Positions 30,559 through 41,445 of a stretch of 64,000 bases of DNA are shown in pieces. The notes beneath the pieces are model-generated. The model was not told where the DNA came from. It made no database searches and saw only the letters and a list, made by a program, of their open reading frames with translations. The position numbers and the translations under genes are program-made. Numbering within the stretch: the stretch's first letter is position 1; every line of letters begins with the position of its first letter. Source of the stretch: Terriglobia bacterium. GTDB taxonomy: Bacteria; Acidobacteriota; Terriglobia; 20CM-2-55-15. Where the stretch lies: contig CBDAOY010000007.1 in assembly GCA_965198225.1 (NCBI GenBank), positions 928,001 to 992,000 on the forward strand, given 5' to 3'.

Positions 30559-31055
30559 CTTTCGGAACTCCAGGTTAGGGATGAGATCACCGTCTTGAGT
30601 GCAAACAGTATTGTACCCTTTTCTTCTTCGCTGAGTTCCAGGCCTGCCTCGTTCATTTCGGCGATGACGAAGCCCAGCAGGTGCAGTTGGCCGTCACGGC
30701 CCGAGACCGACGATCGGTCGATGTCGGCCCCGTCGAGGCCGTTCATCTCCTGGATCCACTCGCGGCTTTCGCCGCAGGCCGACGTTATCGTCTGCGCATC
30801 GACCCGCTCGGGGGCCCGGCTGCGGCCTTCCTCGACGGCCTTGTACACCATGTAGGCCATGAACAGTGCCAGCTCCCGGGCCTGCTGGCCGCTCTCTGAC
30901 GTCAGATCCGTGACGAAATCGCAGATTTCAGGCTGTTTCGAAAAGAACGCCTCGAACTCTCCGTCCAGGACATCGTCGGGGAACTCGGCAACCCTCTGCC
31001 GGACGCGGTCGATGGTCTCCGGCCCGATCACCTCGACTGGTTCTGTCTGGCCCAC
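30555..31055 (-). CDS. Hypothetical protein
   Basis: Operon-like overlap with both neighbours; protein-like composition. Confidence 0.7.
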   Translation of the reverse strand: MGQTEPVEVIGPETIDRVRQRVAEFPDDVLDGEFEAFFSKQPEICDFVTDLTSESGQQARELALFMAYMVYKAVEEGRSRAPERVDAQTITSACGESREWIQEMNGLDGADIDRSSVSGRDGQLHLLGFVIAEMNEAGLELSEEEKGTILFALKTVISSLTWSSES

Positions 31056-31882
31056 AGAATAGCTCCTCTCTCCGGTGAGTCTAGCGGGGATTCGAACGGG
31101 ATCGCGATCAACTCCTGCATCAGCGGGTGCGATGCGACGTCGCCGGTCGCCGAGGTGAGCGGCGTATCGGCGTCGATGAGGGCCACGGAACGCTGCGTCA
31201 GGACCCGAAGATGCTCCGCCGCATCATGAAGGATTCTCCGGGCTGGTTCCATCGGATAGTCGTCAGCGAGGACGGAGAAGAGCGAGGCAACACGGGCTAC
31301 GGTGAGGGCCCCCGAAGCCCATTCCGTGACCGCGGCTTCGACCGACGCGAGCCCGAGAGAGTCCTTGACGCGGTCTCGGAATCTGCGGTTTGTCTTGAAG
31401 TCCCGGCTTCGAAGCGCGGTACGGATGGCCTCCCTGCCGATCCAGAATCCACCGCCGTCGTCCCCGAACTGGGGTCCCCAGCCCCCGCAACGGAATATCC
31501 GACCGTCGGCCCGACGCCCGATGACGATCGATCCGGTGTCGGCGATCAGCAGTAGCCCCGGTCGGATTCCGATCGCCCCGACGTAGGCGACGAAGGCATC
31601 GCTTTCGGTGATGATGCGAGAGTCCGGTAGGGCGCGCCGGAGCGTGTCCTCGTAATGCCGGAGGCCCTCCCGGCGCCCCGCCCCGGCAAACCCTCCGCAA
31701 ACTACGTCGGGCTGTTGAGGCAGACTCTGGATTCCCTCCTGAATTGCCCGGGTGGAGGCTTCGTGGCCGACGGACACATAGTTTGACGGTCCCGTCTGTT
31801 CGCGGGCCACCTCGCGGTCGTTCTCGTCGACCAGCAGGAATGTGGTCGTGCTACCGCCGCCGTCGATTCCGAGAATAGTCAT
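31028..31882 (-). CDS. BadF/BadG-type N-acetylglucosamine kinase-like ATPase
   Basis: LGIDGGGS.T, GGWG..FGD.G.GFWIG. Confidence 0.8.
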   Translation of the reverse strand: MTILGIDGGGSTTTFLLVDENDREVAREQTGPSNYVSVGHEASTRAIQEGIQSLPQQPDVVCGGFAGAGRREGLRHYEDTLRRALPDSRIITESDAFVAYVGAIGIRPGLLLIADTGSIVIGRRADGRIFRCGGWGPQFGDDGGGFWIGREAIRTALRSRDFKTNRRFRDRVKDSLGLASVEAAVTEWASGALTVARVASLFSVLADDYPMEPARRILHDAAEHLRVLTQRSVALIDADTPLTSATGDVASHPLMQELIAIPFESPLDSPERGAILWARQNQSR

Positions 31883-31893
31883 GGAGAGGACTC

Positions 31894-31982
31894 AGTAGTC
31901 AGTAGCCAGTAGTCGGTAGTCAGTTACCGGAAGCGTCTTGGTCTTTTAGCTGACTGCTACTGACTACTGATTACTGACTACT
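31894..31982. repeat. Inverted array of 7-bp tandem repeats (AGTAGTC / GACTACT)
   Basis: 4-5 heptamers facing their reverse complements. Confidence 0.75.
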
Positions 31983-31984
31983 TC

Positions 31985-32500
31985 CTACGGTCTCCCCCAC
32001 GCAGCAGGGGCGCCGGCCCTGCGAAGTGCGGTGCGAAGGTCGGCGATCGCCTGCGTGGCGGTTTCAATATCTGCCCGCGCGGCCTCGAGATTCTCCTGAG
32101 TGCCCTGTATCTGAGGTAGCAGGCGAGTTTCCCGATTGTACATATCGCTCTGGGAAAGCAATTGTCGGTTCAGCTCGTTCAGTTGCAGTTCCAGCAAAGC
32201 GACGCGATCCTGGTTGCGAGCGAGCTCGGCGCGGGCATTGCGGAAGTCCGCCCGCCATTCGGCTTCGCCGCGAACCGCCTGGGCCGCCTCTTCCGCCGGC
32301 TCGGCCCGGGCAGGACTCTCCTCTGCGTTTTCGGAGGCGGGGCGATCGGTCCGGACGATGTTCTCGTTCGTGAAGATCCGTGTACTCGAGATCTGTTTCT
32401 GCCGTTCCCGCTCTCGTTTCGCGACGTCGACCACGGACTGGGCGCTGCACTCGAGAGCGTAAACACCGACGATCAGAAACGCCAGAACTCGGAGCGTCAT
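31985..32500 (-). CDS. Secreted coiled-coil hypothetical protein
   Basis: Signal peptide, AQS..DVA..ER, FTNE, helical heptads, RRAG.P..W end. Confidence 0.75.
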   Translation of the reverse strand: MTLRVLAFLIVGVYALECSAQSVVDVAKRERERQKQISSTRIFTNENIVRTDRPASENAEESPARAEPAEEAAQAVRGEAEWRADFRNARAELARNQDRVALLELQLNELNRQLLSQSDMYNRETRLLPQIQGTQENLEAARADIETATQAIADLRTALRRAGAPAAWGRP

Positions 32501-34695
32501 CGTTGTCTCCTTTCGGCGGTTCCCACACCTGGCAACACCGCCGGGATCGTTTCCTGCACATGGCTCAAGGCGGGTATCGGCCGGGCGAACTCTTCGTCCG
32601 GTCTGTCTTCATGGATTCTCTCCATGAAATCGATCCAGATCGGCAGAGCCGTACGGCCGCCGGTTTCGGCGTAGCCCAGGGAGACCTTCTCGTCAAAGCC
32701 GACCCAGGCGCCGGCGGTGATCGACGGCGTGAAGCCGACGAACCACGCGTCGGTGAAATCGTTGGTCGTGCCGGTCTTTCCGGCCACCGCCCGGTCGAGA
32801 GATTGCGCCCCTCTGGCCGTTCCGCTGCGCACCACTTCCCGGAGCAAACCCACCATCGCGTCTGCCGTTTCAGCCGACATGACCTCGTTCGCCTCGGGCA
32901 GGTTTTCCTCCAGAATGTCGCCGTCGTAGTCGGTCACGCGATTGATGAGCCGCGGTATTACGCGGACCCCGGTGTTGGGGAAGGCTGAATAGGCCGAGGT
33001 CAACTCGAGGAGAGTGATGTCGGTCGCCCCCAGGGCGATCGGCAGGTACGGTTCGATCACCGAGGAGATGCCGAAACGCGCCACCACCGGAACGAGCACG
33101 TCAAACCCGATCTGATTCAGAAGCTTCACCGCAGGAACATTCCTGGATTGCGCGAGAGCCTGGCGCAGTGTGATGGTTCCGCGGTATTCCCCGTCATAGT
33201 TCGTCGGAGAGTAACCGTCGAAATCGACCGGTGCGTCCTCCACCGTCTGATCCGGCGTCAATCCGTAGTCGAGAGCCGCCGTGAACAGCAGGGGCTTGAA
33301 GGCCGAACCGGTCTGTCGTAACGCCTGCGTCGCGCGGTTGAACTTGCTCGTGCCGAAATCGTACCCCCCCACCATTGCTTTCACTTCGCCGGTCCGATGG
33401 TCGATTGCGACCAACCCACCCTGAACCTCGGGCGTCTGTTCGAGCTCGAGCTCGATCGTCTTCTCGGCCGGGTTGATCGATTGGACGCGGAACACGCCGA
33501 CGTCACCCGGGGTGATCAACTGTTGAGGTGCGCTTCGGCCTGTCCATGCGACCTCCCGCGAGCCGATCTCGTCCCGGTAGTCTCCGACCCGGATCAGGGC
33601 GCTCCGCGCGCCCGACTCCACGACGACACCGCGGACGATGTCGCCGGCCCGAATCGGCTGCGTCCATTCGGGCAGAGAGTAGTTTTCCAGATCGTCTATC
33701 CCATTCTCCGTCAGGTTGAACTCCGCTCCGCGCCAGCCATGTCGTTTGTCGTAAGCGCGAAGTCCCGCCCTGAGGCTGGCCTTCGCGGCGCGCTGCATCT
33801 CCGCGTTCAGAGTTGAATAAACACGTAATCCGCCTTCGTGGACCGCGAATGTTCCGTATGTGCTTTCCAGGTACTGGCGCAGCTCCTCCACGAAGTAGGG
33901 AGCGAGTTGGTCGGGGGCCCGTTCGTCATTGAGTCGGATTGGTCTCTGCTTGGCCTGCTCGCCCTCATCGACCGCAATCTTGCCTTCCGCGACCATTCGG
34001 TCGATCACGTAGTTGCGGCGCATCATCGCACGCTCGGGATTGGCTATCGGAGAATAGCTCGACGGGGCTCGCGGCAGAGCGGCTAGCAGAGCCGCCTCTT
34101 CGATCGTCAGGTCCTGGATATTCTTACCGAAGTAGAACTCGGCGGCGGCCGCGAATCCATACATTCCGTGTCCGAGGTAGATTTGATTGCAGTACAGCGT
34201 GAGGATTTCATCCTTGGTATAGCGTCGCTCGATCTGTATGGAGAGCATCGCTTCCTTGACTTTCAAGGACCAGAGGCGCTCGTGGGAGAGAAAAAGGTTT
34301 TCGCTCAAGACCTGAGTGATCGTACTTCCGCCTTCCACGACGCGTCCCGCAAATATGTTCTTCACGGCTGCTCGCGAGATGCCGTAGAAGTCGAGGCCCC
34401 AGTGGTCGTAGAAATTCTGGTCCTCCACCGACACGATCGCGTCCTTAAGCACGCTGGGCAGCTGGTCGGATTCGACAATGATTCGACGCTCCAGGGCGAA
34501 CGAACCGATGACCTGGCCGCCATCACCGTAAACTTCGGTAATCACGTTGGGCCGGTAGTCTTCCAGGGATTCGACCTGCGGGAGCTCGCTGTTGTAGACA
34601 AAGAGAATACCACCTGTAGCGCCCAGCGTGATGGAAAACACAAGCAGTGCGGCAAACAGGAACGAACCGAAGTAGCGTCGGATCTGGAGTCTCAC
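32497..34695 (-). CDS. mrcA: Penicillin-binding protein 1A
   Basis: EDQNFYDH, GGSTITQ, GSAFKP, SRN, GKTGT. Confidence 0.92.
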   Translation of the reverse strand: MRLQIRRYFGSFLFAALLVFSITLGATGGILFVYNSELPQVESLEDYRPNVITEVYGDGGQVIGSFALERRIIVESDQLPSVLKDAIVSVEDQNFYDHWGLDFYGISRAAVKNIFAGRVVEGGSTITQVLSENLFLSHERLWSLKVKEAMLSIQIERRYTKDEILTLYCNQIYLGHGMYGFAAAAEFYFGKNIQDLTIEEAALLAALPRAPSSYSPIANPERAMMRRNYVIDRMVAEGKIAVDEGEQAKQRPIRLNDERAPDQLAPYFVEELRQYLESTYGTFAVHEGGLRVYSTLNAEMQRAAKASLRAGLRAYDKRHGWRGAEFNLTENGIDDLENYSLPEWTQPIRAGDIVRGVVVESGARSALIRVGDYRDEIGSREVAWTGRSAPQQLITPGDVGVFRVQSINPAEKTIELELEQTPEVQGGLVAIDHRTGEVKAMVGGYDFGTSKFNRATQALRQTGSAFKPLLFTAALDYGLTPDQTVEDAPVDFDGYSPTNYDGEYRGTITLRQALAQSRNVPAVKLLNQIGFDVLVPVVARFGISSVIEPYLPIALGATDITLLELTSAYSAFPNTGVRVIPRLINRVTDYDGDILEENLPEANEVMSAETADAMVGLLREVVRSGTARGAQSLDRAVAGKTGTTNDFTDAWFVGFTPSITAGAWVGFDEKVSLGYAETGGRTALPIWIDFMERIHEDRPDEEFARPIPALSHVQETIPAVLPGVGTAERRQR

Positions 34696-34708
34696 GGCGA
34701 TGATTATA

Positions 34709-36508
34709 TCAGGAGCCCACCCTCAATACGGCCAGGAACGCCTCCTGAGGGATGTCGACCTTGCCGACGCGCTTCATGCGTTTCTTGCCTTCCTTCTGTC
34801 GTTCCAACAGCTTGCGTTTCCTGGTGATGTCGCCGCCGTAGCATTTGGCGACCACGTTCTTCCGGATCGCCGGTATCGATTCGCGCGCGATCACGCGGCT
34901 GCCGATGGAAGCCTGGATTGCGACTTCGAACATCTGGCGGGGAATGAGCTCCTTCATCTTCTCGACCAGGGCGCGTCCGCGGGCATATGCAAAGTCGCGA
35001 TGGACGATCCAGGAAAGTGCGTCGACGGTTTCACCGCCGACGAGGATGTCGAGTTTGACCAGATCCGAGGTCCGGTAGCCGGACAGGTGATAGTCGAAAG
35101 ACGCGTACCCCCGCGAGACGGACTTGAGGCGGTCGTAGAAATCAAGAACGATCTCGTTGAGCGGCATTTCGTAGGTGAGCAACACGCGCGTCGCCGAAAG
35201 GTACTCGAATCCTTTCTGGATGCCCCTTTTGTTCTCGAGAAGTTTGAGGATGGGCCCGAGGAAATCGTCCCGCGTCATCACCAGAGCGGTGATGATGGGC
35301 TCCTCGATCGTGTCGATGAACTGGGGGTCCGGAAACTTTGTCGGGTTCTCGACGTCCTCCAGGCTGCCGTCCGTTTCGAGGATTCTGTACCTCACGCCGG
35401 GCGCAGTAGAGATCAGCGAGAGCTCGAACTCCCGCTCGAGGCGTTCCTGGATGATTTCCATGTGCAGCAGGCCGAGAAACCCGCATCGGAACCCGAAGCC
35501 GAGCGCGGTCGAAGTCTCGGGTTCGTAGAAGAAGGAGGAGTCGTTCAGGCGAAGCTTGTCGAGCGCGTCTCGGAGCGATTCGTACTGGTTTGGTTCGACG
35601 GGATACAGCCCGGCAAAGACCAGCGGCTTGATCTCCTGGAATCCGGGAAGCGGCTCTGTCGTCGGGCGTTCGTCCTCGGTGATCGTGTCTCCAATCTGGG
35701 TGTCGGAAACGGTCTTGATGTTGGCAATTATGTAGCCGACCTCGCCCGCCCTCAGGCTCCCAGTCGGGTTCATTTTCGGTCTGAGTGTGCCGATCTCATC
35801 GGCCTGGTAGACCTGTCCGTTGGACATCAGTCGAATCTTCGTGCCGCGCTCGATCAGACCGTCGATCATCCGAACCACAACGATGACGCCACGGTAGGTA
35901 TCGAACCAGGAATCGAAGACCAGGGCCTTCAACGGGGCGTCGACGGAGCCCGCAGGCGGTGGAACTCGCGTCACGATAGCTTCCAACACGTCGGTGACTC
36001 CCTCGCCATGCTTGGCGCTGATGTGGAGCGCCTCGTCAGGGTCGAGACCGATCACGGATTGGAGTTGCTCCTCGACCCGTTCCACTTCGGCGCCCGGCAG
36101 GTCGATCTTGTTGATGATCGGGACGATCTCGAGATGGTTCTCGATGGCCAGGTATGTGTTGGCCAGCGTCTGCGCCTCCACCCCCTGAGAAGCGTCGACG
36201 ATGAGCAAAGCACCCTCACAGGCTGCGAGGCTCCGGGATACCTCGTAGCTGAAGTCCACGTGACCGGGTGTGTCGATCAGGTTCAGGATGTAGTCCTTAC
36301 CGTCACGGGCTTTGTGATCGAGACGCACGGCTGCCGCCTTGATCGTGATTCCGCGCTCCCGCTCCAGATCCATGGCGTCCAAGACCTGCGAGGACATCTC
36401 CCGCTCCGACAGCGCGCCGGTCAGTTCCAGCAGCCGGTCCGCCAGTGTCGACTTGCCGTGATCGATGTGCGCGATGATCGAGAAATTGCGTATATGGCTC
36501 AATGGCAT
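34709..36508 (-). CDS. lepA: Translation elongation factor 4
   Basis: [42 protein letters not shown]. Confidence 0.97.
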   Translation of the reverse strand: MPLSHIRNFSIIAHIDHGKSTLADRLLELTGALSEREMSSQVLDAMDLERERGITIKAAAVRLDHKARDGKDYILNLIDTPGHVDFSYEVSRSLAACEGALLIVDASQGVEAQTLANTYLAIENHLEIVPIINKIDLPGAEVERVEEQLQSVIGLDPDEALHISAKHGEGVTDVLEAIVTRVPPPAGSVDAPLKALVFDSWFDTYRGVIVVVRMIDGLIERGTKIRLMSNGQVYQADEIGTLRPKMNPTGSLRAGEVGYIIANIKTVSDTQIGDTITEDERPTTEPLPGFQEIKPLVFAGLYPVEPNQYESLRDALDKLRLNDSSFFYEPETSTALGFGFRCGFLGLLHMEIIQERLEREFELSLISTAPGVRYRILETDGSLEDVENPTKFPDPQFIDTIEEPIITALVMTRDDFLGPILKLLENKRGIQKGFEYLSATRVLLTYEMPLNEIVLDFYDRLKSVSRGYASFDYHLSGYRTSDLVKLDILVGGETVDALSWIVHRDFAYARGRALVEKMKELIPRQMFEVAIQASIGSRVIARESIPAIRKNVVAKCYGGDITRKRKLLERQKEGKKRMKRVGKVDIPQEAFLAVLRVGS

Positions 36509-37059
36509 GAGCTCTAAGTATAAGTGAACATCGTAGTCCGTAGGCCGTTGTGCTTCGCCGAAGGCGAACCCTGCGTTGGTGCGCCTGCCGCTCCTTTCCG
36601 GGAAGGTTCGCGGCATAGCAATCGCGAGCGGAACGTGGCCTGGATGCCTCTAACCGGTACTGTGAAGGTAACGGACGCAAGTCAGGGGAAGGCTGGTCGG
36701 ACGCAGACTAGGCCGCTGTGACCGCCCAGGTGGTCAAAGATCGCGCCCGAAATGTTCGATGATGAACGGACCTGAGCCGATGCCTTCCCACGCGGAACAG
36801 ATTCTGAATCACACCGTGAACATGCAGGAATCGCTGAGCCTGATCGGTTGATTTGAAGCGTCTCATCTGACGCTCCCTCAGTCGGCTCGATTGGTGGGAT
36901 ACTTCGCGGGCCCTGATTAGCTGCCAATTTCGTAGCTATTCTGATCTTACTCAGGGAGACCAGCCACAGACCTCTATTCGATAATACAAGTCGTCGTTGC
37001 TGTGTCGAGCAGTCAGGGAGAGGTCGACATAAGAGGCGTAGTCAATCACCGCGCCGGTG

Positions 37060-37314
37060 CTAGTGCTTTCCAATCCCGAAGGCATGAATCAATACCACGA
37101 GCCAAACCACCCCCATCCAAACTACCACGATGCCCGGGTGACGTTCGCCTAGGAGCAGCGACAGCGCCAGGAGAGCGTAGACCGCAATCACCCCGAGCCA
37201 CTTCGCCCTAATCTGGTAGCGACCCAACCAATCGCGGCCGCTTGACCTGTGTTGAGGTATCACCTGCATCCCGAATACACTCTTTGCCAGAAACCATCCG
37301 GTGCCGTCAGCCAT
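37060..37314 (-). CDS. Small membrane protein (84 aa, two TM helices)
   Basis: ATG overlaps the presumed original stop of the upstream gene (TGATG); two hydrophobic segments; currently fused in frame to the upstream ORF. Confidence 0.55.
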   Translation of the reverse strand: MADGTGWFLAKSVFGMQVIPQHRSSGRDWLGRYQIRAKWLGVIAVYALLALSLLLGERHPGIVVVWMGVVWLVVLIHAFGIGKH

Positions 37315-38475
37315 CAAGGTGCAACAAGCACATGAGCCGGCGCGATGCCAACGTCGTCTATCGATCTGAGCTGTTGTCCGGACTCGACATCGATGAGACC
37401 GAATATCACCACCTTGACTCTTTGCCAGAAACCAGATGCCAACGTCGTCTATCGATCTGAGCTGTTGTCCGGACTCGACATCGATGAGAAGAATATCACC
37501 ACCTTGAAGAGTTGGTAGGTACAGCAAGCCGTCTTCAGATGTCATGCTCGAAAACTGTTGACTCGGGTGAATCGATTGAATGTGTTGAAGCGTCTCCGCA
37601 TCAAAAACGAGAATCCGGTCTGCCAACCGCATGTGGCTTGGTCCGTCACTCTCGCTGGCCGCTACCAGTATCATAGCGTCAGCCGCTATCGTCAAGAACG
37701 GGTGAACGTCGACGTTCGGAATCATCCGAGAAACCGTCTTCAACACCTCTCGCTGCGATAAATCAAGCGACAAAAGAGACGTATCCTCTTTGACAATGAC
37801 CATCCGTGTCGCACCATCAAGAAGCATGGCACCCGAATTTCGTCCTTGGGGCAAGGGCTGCCCTGACGGGGAACTAGGAAGTATCCACATGCTCGTTTGC
37901 GGCAGGCCATTCACCCATTCGGTAAACCGAACAGCGTTCCGGAATGGCGGAACGAATATCAGGCGACTCTCCAATTCAGCCGACATCATTAGCCACGGTA
38001 GACAGTCCGGTAGGCCGGTTCGCATTCCGTTGAGCCGTCCTGTAATCGGGTCGAAGGCAGACACTACCGTGAGACAGGAGCCTTCTGGTGGTCTGAGCTG
38101 AGTCTGAACATAGACCAAGCTGGGGCTTGAAAACAGATAAGGAAACCCTGGCTCAAGGGATCCCCTCACCCGATCAGCTACGTCAACTTCGTGAGTCACG
38201 ATTCCCTGTTGGACATCAAATACCACGAGCCGGTCGTCTTGAAGAATGGCGAGGGCGCTCCCTTCATTCACCACGGTGACGGCAGCGTCATCGGCGACCA
38301 GGATTCGGCCGTGAGCCACTCCCCATGCATCGATGAGTAGGATCTCATCATTGTCCTCTCCGCTTCGATCAAGCACATAAAGCCACCCTGATGACGGGGC
38401 TTCCCATGACTGTGGCTGTTGACCAGACAGGCTGGTGACCGACAAGGCTAGAATGACGATGATTCTACTAAACAC
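37314..38475 (-). CDS. Secreted beta-propeller protein, amine dehydrogenase heavy chain (MauB)-like; 3' end disturbed by a duplication
   Basis: Signal peptide; LYVLD, VFD repeats, LPDC, C-terminal IDVESGQQLRSIDDVG(IAPAHVLVAP*). Confidence 0.6.
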
Positions 38476-39082
38476 AGGGATCGACCTTCCGATAGCGATC
38501 TTGGCGATTCGGTTCCGATAGCCGGCGGTCGAGCGGCCGATCCGTGTGGAACAGACCGGTCCGCCTCAAGTGAGAGCCAACTAGATGGCCTTGCCGTCGA
38601 TCTCGTTGTCGTTCGCCGTCATGATGAAACCGCATCAATTCCTCCTCTCTCCTCGACCTCGACTGGCAAGACCCATCGGCGATGGTGCCGATCTCTCCGT
38701 TACAGGCCACTAGTAAGCCTTCGCTCTCGAGCCAAGTTGATTCATCCTTCTAACTCTCGTCACAGTAACACGTTGGGATTATTACTCCCGGAACTGCGCC
38801 AGAAGAAACAAAGAAGCACTGCACATCGCCGCCCGTTCTGGCGCGAAGAATGATGTTCAGGTTGTGATTCCACGGTATGTATTCCCCGCCAGGGATTGTT
38901 CGGCAAAACGGATTCGAAGAGGAAGTGCACTGGAACTCCCCTGTACTTTCATAGTAGATTTCCCAGCCTACTGGTTCAATAAGGCCGATGTGGCAATCTA
39001 GGACCTCAGTGGTCACTTCAAAACCGGCCAACGATGGTCACTTCAAAACCGGCCAACGGGGATGGCCCGGGACGGTGTTGTT

Positions 39083-39838
39083 CTACCTCTTTGGGACTGG
39101 ACTCGGCAAGCCCGTTTTAGTCCTCCAACTCCGAGGGCCGCATTTGAGGATGTGGCCGTGATGGAGCAGCCGGTCCAGCATGGCTGTGACGGCGGCGCTA
39201 TCACCCAGTAGTTTTCCCCAGTCTTGGACGGGTCGATTCGATGTCAGTAACGTACTGGTCCGTTCATAGCGTCGCATCACGATCTCGAGGAGTTCCTCTG
39301 CTGCAGTGGGAGGAAGCTTCCGCATCCCCAGATCGTCGATGATCAGCAGCGGGACCGTCGCCAAAGCTTCCATGCACTCCTTTCGGGTACCGTCAATGGT
39401 GGCTTCGGCGATGTCGTCGAGAAGCGCATGAGTTTCACGGTAGACGACCCGATAGCCCTGCTCAATGGCAGCCAAGCCGATGGCCTGAGCCAGATGACTC
39501 TTGCCGGTGCCAGGAGGACCGAGAAACAAGGCATCGTCGTGCCTGGAGATGAAGGCGCCCGTCGCCAGGTCGAAGACCAGACTACGATTCATCTTCTTGT
39601 TGAAAGTAAAGTCGAAGGAGTCGAGCGTCTTCTGGGGATCGCGGAACCGGGCCTGTTTCCGACGCCGTTCCAACAACCGGATGCTGCGACGGTCCAGTTC
39701 ATCCGAGACCAGACGAGAGACCAAGTCGATCGGCGCCATGGCTTCGGTCTGGGCCTGGTGGAGGCGTGTTTCCAACACCTCGGCAATGCCGCCGAGCCGG
39801 AGTTGTCGGAGAGCCCGCTGGAGTTCGATCAGATTCAT
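39083..39838 (-). CDS. istB: IS21 helper ATPase IstB
   Basis: GPPGTGKSHLA, LLIIDDLG, TSN, LDRLLHH. Confidence 0.95.
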   Translation of the reverse strand: MNLIELQRALRQLRLGGIAEVLETRLHQAQTEAMAPIDLVSRLVSDELDRRSIRLLERRRKQARFRDPQKTLDSFDFTFNKKMNRSLVFDLATGAFISRHDDALFLGPPGTGKSHLAQAIGLAAIEQGYRVVYRETHALLDDIAEATIDGTRKECMEALATVPLLIIDDLGMRKLPPTAAEELLEIVMRRYERTSTLLTSNRPVQDWGKLLGDSAAVTAMLDRLLHHGHILKCGPRSWRTKTGLPSPVPKR

Positions 39839-41445
39839 GAGTGTTCCTGCTCCTGGATTTTGAGGTTGATGAGATCGCGATACTGAGTCAGTTCGCGAAT
39901 GAGAGGATCGACCTGACGCAGGGCGAGTGGAGGTCGCCGCTCCAGATAGCGGCGGACGAAACGATACTCGTAGACGTGGAGTTCCAGTGCCGCAGCCGAA
40001 GCATCCTCCACGGCGGAGACACCGTACTTCTTGGCCAGGGAGAGCACACCCAGGATGCGGCGGACCGCAGCTTCCCCTTGTCGGCGGTGAATGGCGTCAC
40101 AGAGTGTGCCGATGTGGGTGCCAGCGCGGCGGGCTCGGGCCAGCAGTTGCACCGTCGTTAACGGGGTTTTCTTCGGGTTGTCTTCAGCACGGACACGGTA
40201 TCCACCCCGCTTCTGGCGGACATGCTCGCGGAGGAGTGGATAGGTGTTTGGGTCCAGGATCCGGACGTGAAGCGTGTCCCACTGGACCTTGACACCCCGT
40301 CCGATCCAGCCCGGCGGTACACTGTAATAGGCGGCTTCGACTTCGACGCAACCGTCGAGATGGACGACACGTTCACCGAATTGGTAATAGCGAAACGGTT
40401 CGATCGGCAGCGGCTTAAGAGATGGTTTCTCTTCGGCGAACATGGCCGCCACCTGCCGCTTGGTCGTGCCGTGGATGCGGGTGTCGGCCCATCGGACTTC
40501 CCAGCGATCCAGATACCCCTGGGCCTGGTCGAGGCTCTCGAAGCGCTGTCCCTTCAATGGGGTCTTCTGGGCGTGCCCGACACCGGATTCGACTTTGCCT
40601 TTGCGGTCTGGATCGCGCACCCGGCATGGCATGGCCACCACGCCGTAATGGGTCAGGACATCTCGAAACAACGGATTCAGGGTGGGGTCGTAATGGTCCG
40701 GGACGATCACGCCTTCGCGCAGGTTATCCAGCACGATGAGGCGGGGAGTGCCGCCGAGTCGGCGGAACGCGGTCTCGTGCAACTGGGCCCAGATGCGGGA
40801 ACTGGACTTGAACGTCAGCAGCCGGACCGATTTGCGGCTGTAGCCCAACGTCATCACGAACAGCCGCGTCCGTCGGTACTTGCCCGTCTTCGGATCCCGG
40901 ACCATCGGTCCGGTCCCGTAGTCGACCTGCGCTTCCTCTCCAGCTCCGGTCTGGATGATTCCGACCGCTTCCGGGGATCGCACTCCCCGGAGTTTGCGAA
41001 CGAAACGCTTGACCGATTCGTAGCTGCCGACAAAACCGTGATCCGTGACCAGGTCCTGCCAGATCGCCATCGCGTTGCGGCCACGCTCCAGCGCCTGTTG
41101 GATGGTCTCCCGGTACGGCTCGCAGGAACTGCCCGACGGTGGGCTTGGAGGGGGAGCCGACGACTCTGCCGAGACCGGATTCTCGGCCTCCGGGTCGGTG
41201 GTCACCGTTTTGAAGTATCTCGACACCATTTACGCCTCCGGGTCGGTGGTCACCTCGTTGGCCGGTTTTGCCGGTCGCCGGCCCCAACTCCCGGGCGGCC
41301 GAATGGGGATTCCGGCCGCTCTCAGATACGCACTGGCCGTCTCACGACGCACGCCGGTGGTCTGTTCGATCCGACGCAGCGGCCATCCAAGCCGCCCCAA
41401 TGCAACAACTTGCTCTCTCTTTTCTGTGCTCAAGACATTGCTCAT
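39835..41445 (-). pseudogene. istA: IS21 transposase IstA with in-frame TAA after residue 71
   Basis: HTH ORF 41230-41445 in frame with 39835-41229 (EAQVD, DNL, KGKVE). Confidence 0.85.

Noticed and set aside
31028-31882. BadF-type kinase as a pseudogene (IADTGS instead of IAGTGS)
   Set aside because: ORF is intact and operon-coupled; one substitution is insufficient evidence.
34700-36517. 605-aa plus-strand ORF and similar long antisense ORFs (e.g. 2455-3759, 40222-41643, 53629-54990)
   Set aside because: Shadow ORFs opposite clearly recognisable genes in high-GC DNA.
38468-38635. 55-aa ORF with a strong RBS between the Cys-rich gene and the propeller gene
   Set aside because: No recognisable motif or composition signal; may be a decayed fragment.
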